Shown here one piece after another: positions 1 through 9,690 of a stretch of DNA of 64,000 nt. The position numbers and the translations under genes are program-made. Source of the stretch: Synergistales bacterium (GTDB lineage Bacteria; Synergistota; Synergistia; Synergistales; JAFGMB01); NCBI GenBank assembly GCA_963666205.1, contig OY762654.1, positions 1,248,001 through 1,312,000 on the forward strand, written 5' to 3'. The first letter of the stretch is position 1. Each line of letters opens with the position of its first letter. The notes beneath the pieces were generated by a model. That model searched no databases. It had not been told where the DNA came from and worked only from the letters and a program-made list of their open reading frames with translations.

Positions 1-420
1 CGCTCCTGTCACCAGGTCCATAGCCCCTCCCATGCCCGGGATAATCTTGCCTGGTATCCACCAATTAGCGATATTGCCATACTGGTCTACTTGAAGTGTC
101 CCAAGAACAGTGGCGCTGAGATGTCCTCCCCGGATCAGCCCAAAACTAAAATCACTTGCAATAAGTGATGCTCCGGGGAGCAATGTGAGGCACCTTCCCC
201 CAGCCCCTATGAATCTCAAATCTTCAGTTGCGGGTTTTGGACCAGCCCCTATAACTCCGTTTTCTGCCTGAAACACAATACTGATATCATCAGGAATATA
301 GTCTGACACCAGGGTAGGTATACCAATTCCCAGATTAACTACTGAACCATCCTCAAGATCAAGAGCAATCCTTTTTGCAATTCTATGCCGTACCTGTTCT
401 TCATCAAGTGCGCTCAGCAT
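1..420 (-). CDS. 3-oxoacid/acetate CoA-transferase subunit B (runs off the window edge)
   Basis: Manual translation from ATG at 420: MLSALDEEQVRHRIAKRIALDLEDGSVVNLGIGIPT...QAENG...GGHL...GNIANW..PG...PGMGGAMDLV, the family I CoA-transferase beta motifs including the catalytic Glu in AENG. Overlaps the stop of subunit A. Confidence 0.93.
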   Translation of the reverse strand, partial: MLSALDEEQVRHRIAKRIALDLEDGSVVNLGIGIPTLVSDYIPDDISIVFQAENGVIGAGPKPATEDLRFIGAGGRCLTLLPGASLIASDFSFGLIRGGHLSATVLGTLQVDQYGNIANWWIPGKIIPGMGGAMDLVTGA

Positions 421-1078
421 AATATGAATCCCCCTTCATAACTACAAAATCCACAAGTATACCTGGAGTAATAATTTCGTTGGGATCCAATTCACCCAAT
501 TCGACAACTTCATCCACTTCTGCGATAACAATATCGGCAGCTGTAGCCATAGCAGGATTAAAGTTTCTGTTAGTACCAAAATAAGTCAGGTTGCCTGCTT
601 TATCAGCCTTATGGGCCTTTACTAGTGCCACATGGGCCCGTAGCGGCAATTCAAGAATATATTTCTTTCCTTCTATTTCAAGGACTTGTTTACCTTCCTC
701 ATGAACAGTCCCCACACCAGTTGGGGTAAGGATTCCACCCAATCCAAAACCACCTGCTCTTATCCTCTCAACAAAAGTTCCTTGTGGTACCAATTCAAGC
801 TCGATCTTTCCTTCATTAAAAAGCTTACCTGTAATTTTATTGAGCCCAACATGTGATGCGATCACTTTTGCAACCTGCCCATTTGCGACAAGCTTCCCAT
901 GACCTACATCCTCATAGAGAGTATCGTTCGCAATAAGGGTGATATCCCTTACCCCACTTTCAATAAGAGCATCAACAAGGGTATAGGGAACCCCACCGTA
1001 ATTGAAGCCTCCTACCATTACCCTTGACCCATCTTTAATATGACTTACACTCTCTTCAGGTGCAACTATAGGTTTCAT
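404..1078 (-). CDS. 3-oxoacid/acetate CoA-transferase subunit A
   Basis: Motifs IKDG...MVGGF, SHVGLN, PQGTFVERIRAGG.G.GG.LTPTGVGT, NFNP.MATAA. Likely start MKPIV at 1078. Confidence 0.93.
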   Translation of the reverse strand: MKPIVAPEESVSHIKDGSRVMVGGFNYGGVPYTLVDALIESGVRDITLIANDTLYEDVGHGKLVANGQVAKVIASHVGLNKITGKLFNEGKIELELVPQGTFVERIRAGGFGLGGILTPTGVGTVHEEGKQVLEIEGKKYILELPLRAHVALVKAHKADKAGNLTYFGTNRNFNPAMATAADIVIAEVDEVVELGELDPNEIITPGILVDFVVMKGDSYYAERT

Positions 1079-1462
1079 GCGAATGGAAACCACCGTGCAA
1101 TCCCTCCTTTCAAAACATGAAATCGAAGATTTAACCAGTAAGCACAAGATTCTGAATTAGATGAATAAATGGAGCTTATCTTGCATTAGAATATCACTAT
1201 GCAAGGATTCTTGCAAGATTGCTTTTTATTGCTTTTGACAGGTATTTCTCTTCAACAACAATTTTGTGATGGTGGTAGAGATAAAAAATAGTGTGATCCG
1301 TAAAGGCGATAAGAGAGGATTTTATGGAATCAAGAGGAGAGTTTTCCAAAAATAAGGATACGATCAGATATTCCGATAACAGATCGTTTTTCTGAAAATA
1401 TAAATATCCTGACTCTCTAAATCAGGTTAGCTGAAATCTATTGTTAAAAAGACCGTGATAAC

Positions 1463-2035
1463 TTAGTCCCAGTAACCGATAACGTTATTTCTTCGTTCAG
1501 GACGACCAGGTTTTGAATTCAAATCTGAATATCCCAGGCAAACACAGTAATATGGTTTATAGCCTGTTGGAATTGGAATATCCGACATTTTCTCAGGATA
1601 CGCAAATAAATATTGCACAAAACCGATCCAACAGGAAGCAATTCCGAGGCTAAAAGCTGCCAGAAGCATATTCTGAATTGCTGCGGAGCATTCTGCAATA
1701 GGACCGAAATTCCCATTTGGATTTGATGTCACTTCATCCCCAGATACAATTACAATAGTTGGGGCACTATGGAGCACCTTATATTTCGGATTATTACCAA
1801 GTATCACTGCTCTCGGAATTTTGCTTTCCAACATACATTTCTTAATCCTCTGATCAAGATCCTCAATTTTCTCTTTATCCTGAATGACTAAAAAATTCCA
1901 CCTCTGCAAATTATGTCCACTAGGGGCATAAATTGCTGCATCCAAAATTGCCTCAAGTTTTTCGTCTTCAATTTGTCTTCGTTGATATTGCCTTATACTT
2001 CTGCGGTCTTTAATTGCATCAATAATAGGGTTCAT
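1463..2035 (-). CDS. Nitroreductase family protein
   Basis: RRSIR, APSGHN.Q.W.F and QNMLLAA.SLGI.SCW motifs. Confidence 0.92.
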   Translation of the reverse strand: MNPIIDAIKDRRSIRQYQRRQIEDEKLEAILDAAIYAPSGHNLQRWNFLVIQDKEKIEDLDQRIKKCMLESKIPRAVILGNNPKYKVLHSAPTIVIVSGDEVTSNPNGNFGPIAECSAAIQNMLLAAFSLGIASCWIGFVQYLFAYPEKMSDIPIPTGYKPYYCVCLGYSDLNSKPGRPERRNNVIGYWD

Positions 2036-2397
2036 TGATCACACACTTCCTTCCTCTGATCATTTTAGAAGCTATGAGAGAAATGCCACAGAACATATGA
2101 GAATATTGTTGCATATCCTTATCTCTATCATGCAATACTAATTGACCCCGCCCCCCAAACGAACTTTTTCCAAATGCTAATACATTATTACAACTTCTTA
2201 AGTAAAATCACCATTGAATCAACAATCAGGCTCATCAAGATACAAACACATAATTCTTCAGCAAAATAACAGGATAGGACGCTATTTCCGTCATACCCTG
2301 TTATTTTTACCTCATCGAACCGAAGGTCCGAATCAATTGTATTTTAGTATATCATTTGACTTTCTCATGTTTCAGATGGATCACTTTGGGGGGAATT

Positions 2398-2546
2398 AAT
2401 GTTTCGACTATTACTCTCAAAATTTCCAGAAGGTCTATTTTATTCCAGGAAAAGATCTATCTGCGGAATAAACTCAACTATATATAACGTTGGCATCATG
2501 TTATGTCCTTATTGATTACGATGTATTGCCTCCTATATCCATCAAT
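2398..2546. repeat. Degenerate intergenic repeat, copy A (full length)
   Basis: 2438-2490 matches 4636-4688 at 42/53 ungapped, and similarity extends back to 2398/4595. 2466-2514 matches 3134-3182 at 39/49 ungapped. Confidence 0.7.
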
Positions 2547-2647
2547 CCGGGTATCAGTCAAATTTTTCATATTTCAAGGCTTTCTGTTAAGCCCCCATAA
2601 GAAACATAGCCGATGTTTTCGTTCTTTGAGCTTCTCAACCGGAGAGC

Positions 2648-3115
2648 TTAATCACTGATGTCGTCCAACTGAAAGGAGATGATCTTTCGCAACTCGGAAA
2701 GTGACAGCTCTACCTGATAACCGATTTTTCCGGCACTGAAAATGATCGTTTCCAACATTTCTGCGCTGCTGTCGATCGTGGTATGGAAAAACTTTTTCAT
2801 GCCAATAGGGGAACAGCCGCCATGAACATACCCGGTAAGAGGCTGGAGTTCTTTTGCTTTCAACATATCAATTTTCTTTTCCCCCACAGCTTTTGCTGCT
2901 TTTTTTAAATTCAGATCTTTGCTGACAGGAACCACAAACACGTAGTATTTTTTAGAGGCGCTTACCGCTACAAGGGTCTTAAACACCTGGTCGGGATCCT
3001 GATGGAGCACCGAAGCCACATCCATTCCGCTGACTGCATCTGTATCAGCATAACAGTGGCTTTCATAATTAATTTTCTTTTGCTCCAATAGCCGCATTAC
3101 ATTTGTTTTTTCCAT
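2648..3115 (-). CDS. ybaK: Cys-tRNA(Pro) deacylase YbaK/EbsC
   Basis: KTN.MRLL, VFKTLV, TGYVHGGCSPIGMKK and SAGK.G.QVEL motifs. Confidence 0.95.
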   Translation of the reverse strand: MEKTNVMRLLEQKKINYESHCYADTDAVSGMDVASVLHQDPDQVFKTLVAVSASKKYYVFVVPVSKDLNLKKAAKAVGEKKIDMLKAKELQPLTGYVHGGCSPIGMKKFFHTTIDSSAEMLETIIFSAGKIGYQVELSLSELRKIISFQLDDISD

Positions 3116-3133
3116 AACTGCTCTCCAACTTCA

Positions 3134-3214
3134 GAATAAATTAAACTATTTATAATATTAACATCATGCGATGCCCTTATTGTATATGACAAATCGTATC
3201 CTATCTTTATTAAC
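3134..3214. repeat. Degenerate intergenic repeat, copy B (core plus right half)
   Basis: 39/49 identity to 2466-2514, with weaker similarity continuing to about 3214. Shares the core AAACTATTTATAA with copy C. Confidence 0.65.
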
Positions 3215-3362
3215 ATAGGATATACAGCTGGTTTTCTCGAACTACAAATAGACCATTTGAGAAAACCAGGTCAATATACTGTCAATCTTGATAGCAGATT
3301 CTTCAGTCACCCTCCAAATCAATCAGGTAATATAGAAGCAGATCTTTTCCTATTTCAAACAT

Positions 3363-4463
3363 TTAATCGATCAGAAATTGGAAAATTACAGGTAGTAATG
3401 TCAACACGCTGACAAGGCGTACTGTGTGCAGAACGCTTACCACCAGGGGGTCGGCTCCAACCTCATCGGCGATCATGCTCATCTGGGTCAGTCCTGCTGG
3501 CGATGAGGCTAGAAGACAGGTGCTGTAGTTCCAGTTAGTTATGCGGTAGAGGATCAGACTGAGGAGTATCCCCGAGAGGATCATTACAATGGCCAGGATC
3601 GAAACAGGGACTAACAATCCAGAAAGCATCATCATTGTTTCCCTTGTAATTTCCTGCGAGATGGCCAGCCCAACCCCGATTCGTGCCAGGATACGCAGAT
3701 TCGAGTGGACTCGGGTAAAATTACCCCAAATGACATTGCAGACCCCCACGGCAAACATGGACCCTAAAAGATCTCCCACTGGAATCCCAAGGATACGACC
3801 GGTCAATCCTCCTGCAATAGCGGTTACAGCAAGTCTGATAGCACCAATATAGCCGTTATTTCCAGTTTCAGTCTCTTTTAGATCCGTTATATGCTCTGGA
3901 AGGGGGATCTCTTCCTCAGGATCACGTCTTGACTCGACACCGCGGGCGATAAAGGGCATAAAGATCAGGAAGAAAACCACCCGGAAAAGTTGGAGAAAGG
4001 TAATACTGACCTGATCCTCCCCCAGAGAAATGCCTAATAGAGCCATTTCCGTAAGCCCTCCGGTACTCGACCCAAGGAGAGCTGTTCCAAGAGAAAGACG
4101 GGTTACCCATGAAAGCAGAAAGCCTGAACTGATAGAAAGGATCAGCATCCAGAGGGATACAAGGATCGCTGGCAGGAGGATTTTCCTCATTTCCCTCAGT
4201 GTAGACCTGTTGACTTTCAAGCCAATAAAGCTTCCGATCACTAATTTTGAGACAAAGGTGATCTCATTCGTGGGAAAGGCTAAATGCAAACCAAACATAC
4301 CTATGACTGAGCCCATAAAAAGGGCCCCCAACATGTCGGGTGCCGGGAAGCGCAAAAAAACGAAGAGCTTCCAGCCTAAGATTCCCATAAAGAAAAGTCC
4401 GAACATACCGGTAAGGATTCCGCCGTCCATATACTCTACTCTTTCACTCTGCTGGAGTGGCAT
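3363..4463 (-). CDS. AbrB-family duplicated membrane protein (putative ammonia monooxygenase-like family)
   Basis: Two homologous hydrophobic halves with P...LG and (T/P)(G/A)GL.(E/Q)M...Q/H..R motifs. Start at 4463 chosen from an upstream GGAGA. Confidence 0.85.
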   Translation of the reverse strand: MPLQQSERVEYMDGGILTGMFGLFFMGILGWKLFVFLRFPAPDMLGALFMGSVIGMFGLHLAFPTNEITFVSKLVIGSFIGLKVNRSTLREMRKILLPAILVSLWMLILSISSGFLLSWVTRLSLGTALLGSSTGGLTEMALLGISLGEDQVSITFLQLFRVVFFLIFMPFIARGVESRRDPEEEIPLPEHITDLKETETGNNGYIGAIRLAVTAIAGGLTGRILGIPVGDLLGSMFAVGVCNVIWGNFTRVHSNLRILARIGVGLAISQEITRETMMMLSGLLVPVSILAIVMILSGILLSLILYRITNWNYSTCLLASSPAGLTQMSMIADEVGADPLVVSVLHTVRLVSVLTLLPVIFQFLID

Positions 4464-4594
4464 CAGGTCTCTCCAGCTGGAATTGTTATCAGGATTTTGA
4501 CAGATGCTATTTGGGGATGTCCCTGTTCCCCGAAAAATAGTCCAGTTGGGATGTGACAAAGTTGCAAAAACCGGGCATATTGAAAAGGAAGATC

Positions 4595-4688
4595 AATGCT
4601 TCAACCATTACTTCTAATGATTCTAAAAGTTGCTTTTTTATTCCAGGAAAGGATGTACCCGTGAAATAACGAAAACTATTTATAACGT
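4595..4688. repeat. Degenerate intergenic repeat, copy C (left half plus core)
   Basis: 42/53 identity of 4636-4688 to 2438-2490. Similarity stops right after TATAACGT. Confidence 0.7.
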
Positions 4689-4789
4689 CGTGGAAGAGGA
4701 CATCTTAAAGGAAACAACGAAACAGTATAGAGGTACTTCACATAAAAGACCTCTGGATTAACCACGGGATTGATCCTGTACTCAATGGA

Positions 4790-5548
4790 TCAGGAAAGCC
4801 TGATATTCATATCCTTTACAGAAGCCACGACCTGACCCACAAGTTTCAGTTCCTCGTCGCTTCCCTCTTTATAGCGGAATCTGGGGAATGTCAGGCTTAC
4901 AGCCGCTACCGGCGCTCCGAATGAAAAGAGGGGAACGGCTATACATGCCAGTCCGGTCATGCATTCTTCATTATCCAAGGCATAACCGCGTTTTCGAACT
5001 TCCTTAAGTTCCTTTAGAAGGTCATCCAGTGAACTTATTGTTTTTTCGGTAAATCTGATGAAGGCCTCTTTTTCAAAGAAGCTTTTAACTTCACTTTCAG
5101 GCATATGGGCCAGCATAGCCTTTCCTACCCCAACGCTGTAGGCAGGAAAGGTTTTACCGATCTCCACATTTACCCTTATAGTATTTCTGGATTCAACCTG
5201 ATCTATGTATTGGACCTTTGCCCCTTCAAGGACAGCAAGGTGAACAGATTCACCTGTATCCTCAGAAAGGCTCTCCATGTAAGGCCGTACCTGGGAAATA
5301 AGACTCTGATTCCTGTCCTTTTCCCTGCCTATCTGGGAAAACTTGAAGGTCAGGCTATATTGTTTATTAGAAAGATCCTGCTGAACATAACCCAGAGAAC
5401 AGAGCGTGGCGAGAAACCTGTATACCGTACTCTTGTTCATATTCAGTTCTTCACTCAGATTCAAGATGCTCTGTTCTCCATTTTTCGAGAGATATTCTAT
5501 TATGGCAAATGCCTTATGGAGGGATATATTTTCTTTCATTGTCGTCAT
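4790..5548 (-). CDS. IclR family transcriptional regulator
   Basis: N-terminal HTH (KSTVYRFL.TL...GYV) and C-terminal GKAMLA / RGYALDNEE / CIAVP motifs. Confidence 0.93.
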   Translation of the reverse strand: MTTMKENISLHKAFAIIEYLSKNGEQSILNLSEELNMNKSTVYRFLATLCSLGYVQQDLSNKQYSLTFKFSQIGREKDRNQSLISQVRPYMESLSEDTGESVHLAVLEGAKVQYIDQVESRNTIRVNVEIGKTFPAYSVGVGKAMLAHMPESEVKSFFEKEAFIRFTEKTISSLDDLLKELKEVRKRGYALDNEECMTGLACIAVPLFSFGAPVAAVSLTFPRFRYKEGSDEELKLVGQVVASVKDMNIRLS

Positions 5549-5757
5549 CTCTTTTCATCTGGAAGAAATATTGTTAATAATGTTATTATGTGAAATCAGG
5601 TTTCGCTGGATGCAAAATCATACTAACACACTTTAAACTCCAGTCAATTATTATCTTATTCAGATGCCCTCTGATCTCAACTTCATCATTTCGTACAATC
5701 CTGAAAAACTTAAGCTTTTCCCTGATGGTTTACAGAAACAATGGAAGGGCATTATAT

Positions 5758-6492
5758 TCAGCATAAGGATAGGGGCCAGTTCATAGCCTCCTGCTCCAGC
5801 CTTCTGAAAAAAGTTTCTTCAAGAATATCGATCATCCAGCCCTCGTCAGGAAGATAACCGTCTCCCCTCCATTCAATCCCATGGGCAGTACCTAGCCAGA
5901 GTATTCGGATCTCCTTTGATGACAGCCTTCTGAGATGCATCCTTAATAACTGTCTTACGGATCTTTGACAGGCCTGATAATATTCTCCCTTTCCCCTCTG
6001 AAGCTGAAAGCAGTATTCCTCCCAGCAGTTCGAGAAAGAAAAGCTGGTATCAGCAGTCATGACCGTATTTTCAAGATCCATCAGTTCGTCCTTTATTTTT
6101 CCGGCAATGTTCCTGTAGTACTTATCTATTTCTTCTTTAATGATCACTGCAAGAAATATCTTTAATTTATTGCGTACTGTTTCAGAGAATCCAGGGGCTT
6201 CCCGACATTCACCAATTGTCCCTGGAGGGAAAGAAAGATCCCTGTCCGGGAAATCAGTGTCTTCACCGGACATCTTTTCCAGATAGATCCTGATCAGATG
6301 ATCAATTATGGAAGACCTTTCAGTTCCATCTTTCCAGAAGGAAAAATAAAAGTCATTCCAGCACTTATCAAGTTCCCCTTTATCCGTATTTTCATCAAGG
6401 ACTGAAAGAAGTGTATAAAAATCATTCCATACCAGACCAGCATAGTACCTGCATTTATCATTAATTATCTGATCGATATCAAGATCGGACAT
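5758..6492 (-). CDS. Hypothetical protein (aromatic/acidic, soluble)
   Basis: 244-aa ORF filling the gap co-directionally, with an AAGGA RBS. No family recognised. Confidence 0.65.
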   Translation of the reverse strand: MSDLDIDQIINDKCRYYAGLVWNDFYTLLSVLDENTDKGELDKCWNDFYFSFWKDGTERSSIIDHLIRIYLEKMSGEDTDFPDRDLSFPPGTIGECREAPGFSETVRNKLKIFLAVIIKEEIDKYYRNIAGKIKDELMDLENTVMTADTSFSFSNCWEEYCFQLQRGKGEYYQACQRSVRQLLRMHLRRLSSKEIRILWLGTAHGIEWRGDGYLPDEGWMIDILEETFFRRLEQEAMNWPLSLC

Positions 6493-6563
6493 TCTTTAAA
6501 ATCCTTCTTTCTTCCATGTTTTAATGAACTTTTATCTCATCAATTGGAATTTAAGATCTTTTT

Positions 6564-7364
6564 CTAAAAAACTGCATAATCATCATCTTTCCTGTCAGTA
6601 ATGAACATATAGCCGGGTGAATGGGTAAGAGCAAAAAAAGGCTTCGACCTCATAAGAGCTGCCTGAGGCGTAACACCGCATGCCCAGAAGACGGGTACTT
6701 CTCCCTCTTTAACGGTTACACTGTCACCAAAGTCGGGATGGCCTATATCCTTAATTCCTATCTTCCCAGGATCACCTATATGAACAGGCGCTCCGTGGAC
6801 TGAAGGAAACCTGGCAGTGGTGAGGACGGTTCTGGTTATCATTTCCGAAGGTACAGGTCGCATTGAGACCACCATGGGACCCTCAAGGGAACCTGCTTTT
6901 TCACATTGTATATTCGTAATATACATCGGGACGTTCCTGCCTTCTTCAATGTGGCGCACCGGAATCCCCCTTTTCAGAAGAGCTCCCTCAAATGTGAAGG
7001 AACAGCCAAGAAGAAAACCTACCATATCCCTGTTCCAGTACTTTCTGACTTCAATGGGTTCATCTATCAGTTCGCCCTTCTCCCAGACCCTGTACCTGGG
7101 CAGATCGGTCCTCAGGTCGCTGCCGGGAGCAGTGATCCGTGCCTCTGCCAGACCCGGTTCTGTAACATCCAGAAGGGGACATGGTTTCGGATTCCTCTGG
7201 CAGAACACCAGAAAATCGTATGCCAGGTCCCTGGGAAGCACCACCAGGTTAGCCTGAGTGTACCCTGCAGATATACCGGCTGTTGGACGGACCAGTTCTC
7301 CTCTGCGGCAAAGTTCCCTTGCCCTGGATGGCAGCATTATGGAAAGGTCTTCAGAATTCAGCAT
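6564..7364 (-). CDS. Putative hydro-lyase, DUF1445/D-glutamate cyclase family
   Basis: QANLVVLP...A.DF..FCQRNPKPCPLL, DLRTDLPRY, GCSFTFE, NVPMY, VVSMRP and FWACGVTPQ motifs. Confidence 0.92.
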   Translation of the reverse strand: MLNSEDLSIMLPSRARELCRRGELVRPTAGISAGYTQANLVVLPRDLAYDFLVFCQRNPKPCPLLDVTEPGLAEARITAPGSDLRTDLPRYRVWEKGELIDEPIEVRKYWNRDMVGFLLGCSFTFEGALLKRGIPVRHIEEGRNVPMYITNIQCEKAGSLEGPMVVSMRPVPSEMITRTVLTTARFPSVHGAPVHIGDPGKIGIKDIGHPDFGDSVTVKEGEVPVFWACGVTPQAALMRSKPFFALTHSPGYMFITDRKDDDYAVF

Positions 7365-7402
7365 TGATTTACCTCCCGAATGATAGTTTCAAAAGGATAT
7401 TG

Positions 7403-8071
7403 TCAGAATATCCATCTATGGTCAAGGAACCCCAGGGCAATAGCCCATGTTCCAAGACCGACTTTGACGGCAATGAGAATATTAAGAGAAGGGATCAGCC
7501 CCCCGCTGAGGAAAGAACCTGGATCACCACTGACCGGAACCGACATGAAAAAGGAAAGCATGGAGACAAATAATACAAGCAGCCAGGCCTCTTTTTCCAT
7601 GGCCTCGGGCCTTTCTTCCGAAAGATAGGCTCTAAGGCGACTGCTGTCATTTGTAAGTGACTGAATGACCATGGAAGTACCCAGGGCAACTCCTGCGGCA
7701 AAACCGCCTCCCGGAGAAAGATGTCCTGTAATGGCAAGAACTGTCCCGAACAGGAAAGCCAGGAACGATGCGGCTTTGAACATTATGGCTGTAGCTGGAT
7801 CCACGTGGAGATACCTTTCAAGGGTGAACTTGCTGCCTCTGTTAAGAAAATAAAGTGCTCCTGTTATGGAAATTGAAAATACAATGACCTCAAATATGGT
7901 GTCATAAAGCCTGTTCCGAAGATAGATAAGAGTTACTGTATTGGGGATACCCCCTTCCCGAAGCAGCTTATGCGATAAATATCCTCTTTCAGGCCCATCC
8001 CATCCTCCGGATGCAAGAAAGAGGAAAACGAGAACAATAGCTGCAAGGTACGATCTCTTGAGATATTTCAT
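7403..8071 (-). CDS. mnhB: Mrp/Mnh Na+/H+ antiporter subunit B
   Basis: RNRLYDT.FEV and GHLSPGGGF.AG motifs. Confidence 0.9.
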   Translation of the reverse strand: MKYLKRSYLAAIVLVFLFLASGGWDGPERGYLSHKLLREGGIPNTVTLIYLRNRLYDTIFEVIVFSISITGALYFLNRGSKFTLERYLHVDPATAIMFKAASFLAFLFGTVLAITGHLSPGGGFAAGVALGTSMVIQSLTNDSSRLRAYLSEERPEAMEKEAWLLVLFVSMLSFFMSVPVSGDPGSFLSGGLIPSLNILIAVKVGLGTWAIALGFLDHRWIF

Positions 8072-8784
8072 GCTCTCTCCCCCAGGTATCTGCTTCTCAG
8101 ATCTTCAAGGATGTGCCTTTCCTCACTGGTAAATTTCAAAAGCATATCCCTCAGATCGTGGGCATCCTCTGAAATAAGTATCGAATAAAAAGCGCTTTCA
8201 GACTCACCCTCCAAAGGGATATCTTCTCCGGACCGTCTTTTTTCAAGCACTCTCAGAATATCCAGCCATTCTCCACCAGCCATGGGATAGACCATTGTTT
8301 CAACAACAGGAAGGTTGAGATATCCATCTCCACTGTCATGAGGTCGAACAAAAGGACCGATCGCCATGTCCATTACCCCTTCCTGAAGGGCATCCTTAAG
8401 AGATTCCCTGTTTTCAAATAGAACGAACCTGGCTTTTATACCTGCCGAACCGCCAAAGGCTTCAAGAAGGTCCACCATGAATCCCTGAGGTTTCTCCTTA
8501 TCGGTATGGACAAGAGGGGAAAGTTCAACATATCCGACGCGAAACTCACCAGTGGAGGTAAATACCACCACATAGAGCAGAGTTACCAGAAGGGCTCCCA
8601 TAAGAGCCTCGGTAAGGGCCACATCCGGTGCCCCCATAAGTGCATAAGCTATCGCCGCTGCAACGCCGAGCATTCCCCTGGCTATTATGGCATGTAACAG
8701 ATGCTTCTCCCCCAGGGTTATAAGGGCCAGGAACGGGATAAGAAGGACAGTCCCTGCTACCAGAAGATCAGAGGCTGACATCAT
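8068..8784 (-). CDS. Mrp-associated DUF4040 (MbhD-like) membrane domain fused to a solute-binding-protein-like soluble domain
   Basis: GAPDVALTEA.MG motif in the N-terminal TM region. C-terminal RVGY...P......GF.VDL...F......L..AL..G.MD resembles family-3 SBP N-lobes. Confidence 0.8.
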   Translation of the reverse strand: MMSASDLLVAGTVLLIPFLALITLGEKHLLHAIIARGMLGVAAAIAYALMGAPDVALTEALMGALLVTLLYVVVFTSTGEFRVGYVELSPLVHTDKEKPQGFMVDLLEAFGGSAGIKARFVLFENRESLKDALQEGVMDMAIGPFVRPHDSGDGYLNLPVVETMVYPMAGGEWLDILRVLEKRRSGEDIPLEGESESAFYSILISEDAHDLRDMLLKFTSEERHILEDLRSRYLGERA

Positions 8785-9065
8785 TGTTCCTTCCCTTCTA
8801 TCAGACGTACCGCACCCCTGGCAATTATATAGGACACCATGGGCCCCCACATAAGTAAGGCCAGAAAGGCAACGGAAAGAGGGATTATCCTTTCAGGATG
8901 TAATATTACAAGTCCCGCCACTATAAGCATGGCACCAAGAGTATCGGACACTCCAAGTGTGTGAAGCTTGACGATGATCGGAACGGGTTTAAGAAGGTAG
9001 AGGGTTCCCCAGACCATCAGAAGCGCCCCCAGCCCCATCATGATATCTGCAAAAAGGATCATCAC
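8781..9065 (-). CDS. mnhG: Mrp/Mnh antiporter subunit G
   Basis: KLH.LGVSDTLG motif, 3 TM, and operon position. Confidence 0.88.
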   Translation of the reverse strand: MMILFADIMMGLGALLMVWGTLYLLKPVPIIVKLHTLGVSDTLGAMLIVAGLVILHPERIIPLSVAFLALLMWGPMVSYIIARGAVRLIEGKEQ

Positions 9066-9316
9066 CGGGGATTCCTCCTCTCCAGCACAATGGCCAGTAC
9101 CATGACACCCAGATCTCCCAGGATGAGAGCGGCAAGGGCCACAACAGTAATGGATGGATCACCTGTCATGGCAGATATCAGGAGGATAAGGACAGCACCT
9201 TTAATTGAAAGGGAGGAAAAGGCCATAATCTTCATCCATGCCCCCTCCGAAGAGTGAAATATCCATGCTGATAGGAAAAGGAGCGCCAGCATTATGAAAG
9301 AAACAGCGGGTATCAC
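9062..9316 (-). CDS. mnhF: Mrp/Mnh antiporter subunit F
   Basis: 84-aa 3-TM protein between E and G with overlapping start/stop codons. Confidence 0.75.
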   Translation of the reverse strand: MIPAVSFIMLALLFLSAWIFHSSEGAWMKIMAFSSLSIKGAVLILLISAMTGDPSITVVALAALILGDLGVMVLAIVLERRNPR

Positions 9317-9690
9317 TTTTTATCCTCCTCGAACCTGTGGATCAGGATCTCATTCAGATGATCCACGTGGATCGCAACAGTCTTTGGTGTAAGGGTAACA
9401 AGAAATACCCTTGTAAATATAGTCCACGGAGAAGCCTCATGAATCCTCTCTGTGAGATAACCTCTTCTGTATTTCCTGGAAAAAATAAGCACAAAAGCTT
9501 CTTTATAAGCTATAAAAATTGTCTTGGTCAAAAGCCACAGGAAATACACGAATTGTTTCCAGGGTAAAGATATGGACAGGATCCTGTCCAGGCAAAAGCA
9601 CAATATCAACCCGGTTACAATGAGGGGAATATCATGAAGCCCCGTCAATGCTACCCAAAGAAGAAATGCTGCCGCCACAAGAGGGGTCAT
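9313..9690 (-). CDS. mnhE: Mrp/Mnh antiporter subunit E
   Basis: LW..LTG N-terminus and VTLTPKT motif (variant of ITLTPGT). Confidence 0.85.
   Translation of the reverse strand: MTPLVAAAFLLWVALTGLHDIPLIVTGLILCFCLDRILSISLPWKQFVYFLWLLTKTIFIAYKEAFVLIFSRKYRRGYLTERIHEASPWTIFTRVFLVTLTPKTVAIHVDHLNEILIHRFEEDKK

Noticed and set aside
2214-2399. Short ORFs or a possible gene remnant upstream of the nitroreductase
   Set aside because: No RBS and no recognisable family on either strand.
2398-4688. Classical integron attC array
   Set aside because: No RYYYAAC...GTTRRRY palindromic structure and no intI in the window. Kept only as an unexplained repeat family.
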